NCBI RefSeq assembly: GCF_006345805.1
Contig: NC_043003.1
Location: forward strand, 91,264,001 to 91,328,000
Direction: 5' to 3'
DNA: 64,000 nucleotides
Source: Octopus sinensis
Lineage: Eukaryota
A program made the position numbers and the translations under genes. Below, in pieces: positions 63,748 to 64,000 of this stretch. The notes under the pieces are model-generated. The model worked only from the letters and a program-made list of their open reading frames with translations. It did no database searches and was not told the origin of the DNA. Every line of letters begins with the position of its first letter. Position 1 is the stretch's first letter.

Positions 63748-64000
63748 TAGCATAAGATTTGATTATGAGACGCGTGTCTGCCAAGTTGGTGCCAAAACTG
63801 CTTTCAGCTGACCAAAAAGACATTCAGGTTTCATTTGCACAAAATGTTGATTGTATCGAAAACGATGAAAACTTTGCGTAGGCCTCTGAGCAGGTATCGC
63901 CATACTTTTGGCAAAATTTGATGCAGATTCTTTGCTCAACTTTCTGTCATAGCCAATGCGATGATCACACGCTACACACCTTCCTTCCAAGCACTGCTGT

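Overview
AT-rich, microsatellite-dense eukaryotic DNA made almost entirely of nested transposable elements. The SINE families, TTAGGG motifs and (TA)n/(CA)n/(TACA)n load suggest an octopus (inference). Only one host coding exon is well supported (44574-45522, minus strand, unidentified). Elements seen: RTE, Tx1, CRE-like and R2 non-LTR retrotransposons; a near full-length Naiad-type Penelope-like element; mariner DD34D, maT DD37D, rosa-like, pogo (Brinker-type DNA-binding domain) and Merlin transposons; a Helitron-like element; several tRNA-derived SINEs and many fold-backs. Two observations stand out. (1) A GC-rich, 5'-truncated R2 with an open 376-aa ORF lies outside rDNA, inside a pogo transposon, and its 3' junction abuts GGTAGCCAAATGCC, the 28S rDNA R2 target sequence. 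(2) About eight minimal type I hammerhead-like motifs occur, including a Penelope-linked pair with a ~90-100 nt helix II insert and covarying base pairs, and two fold-backs built from hammerhead halves. All alignments and folds were done by eye; many element boundaries are approximate.
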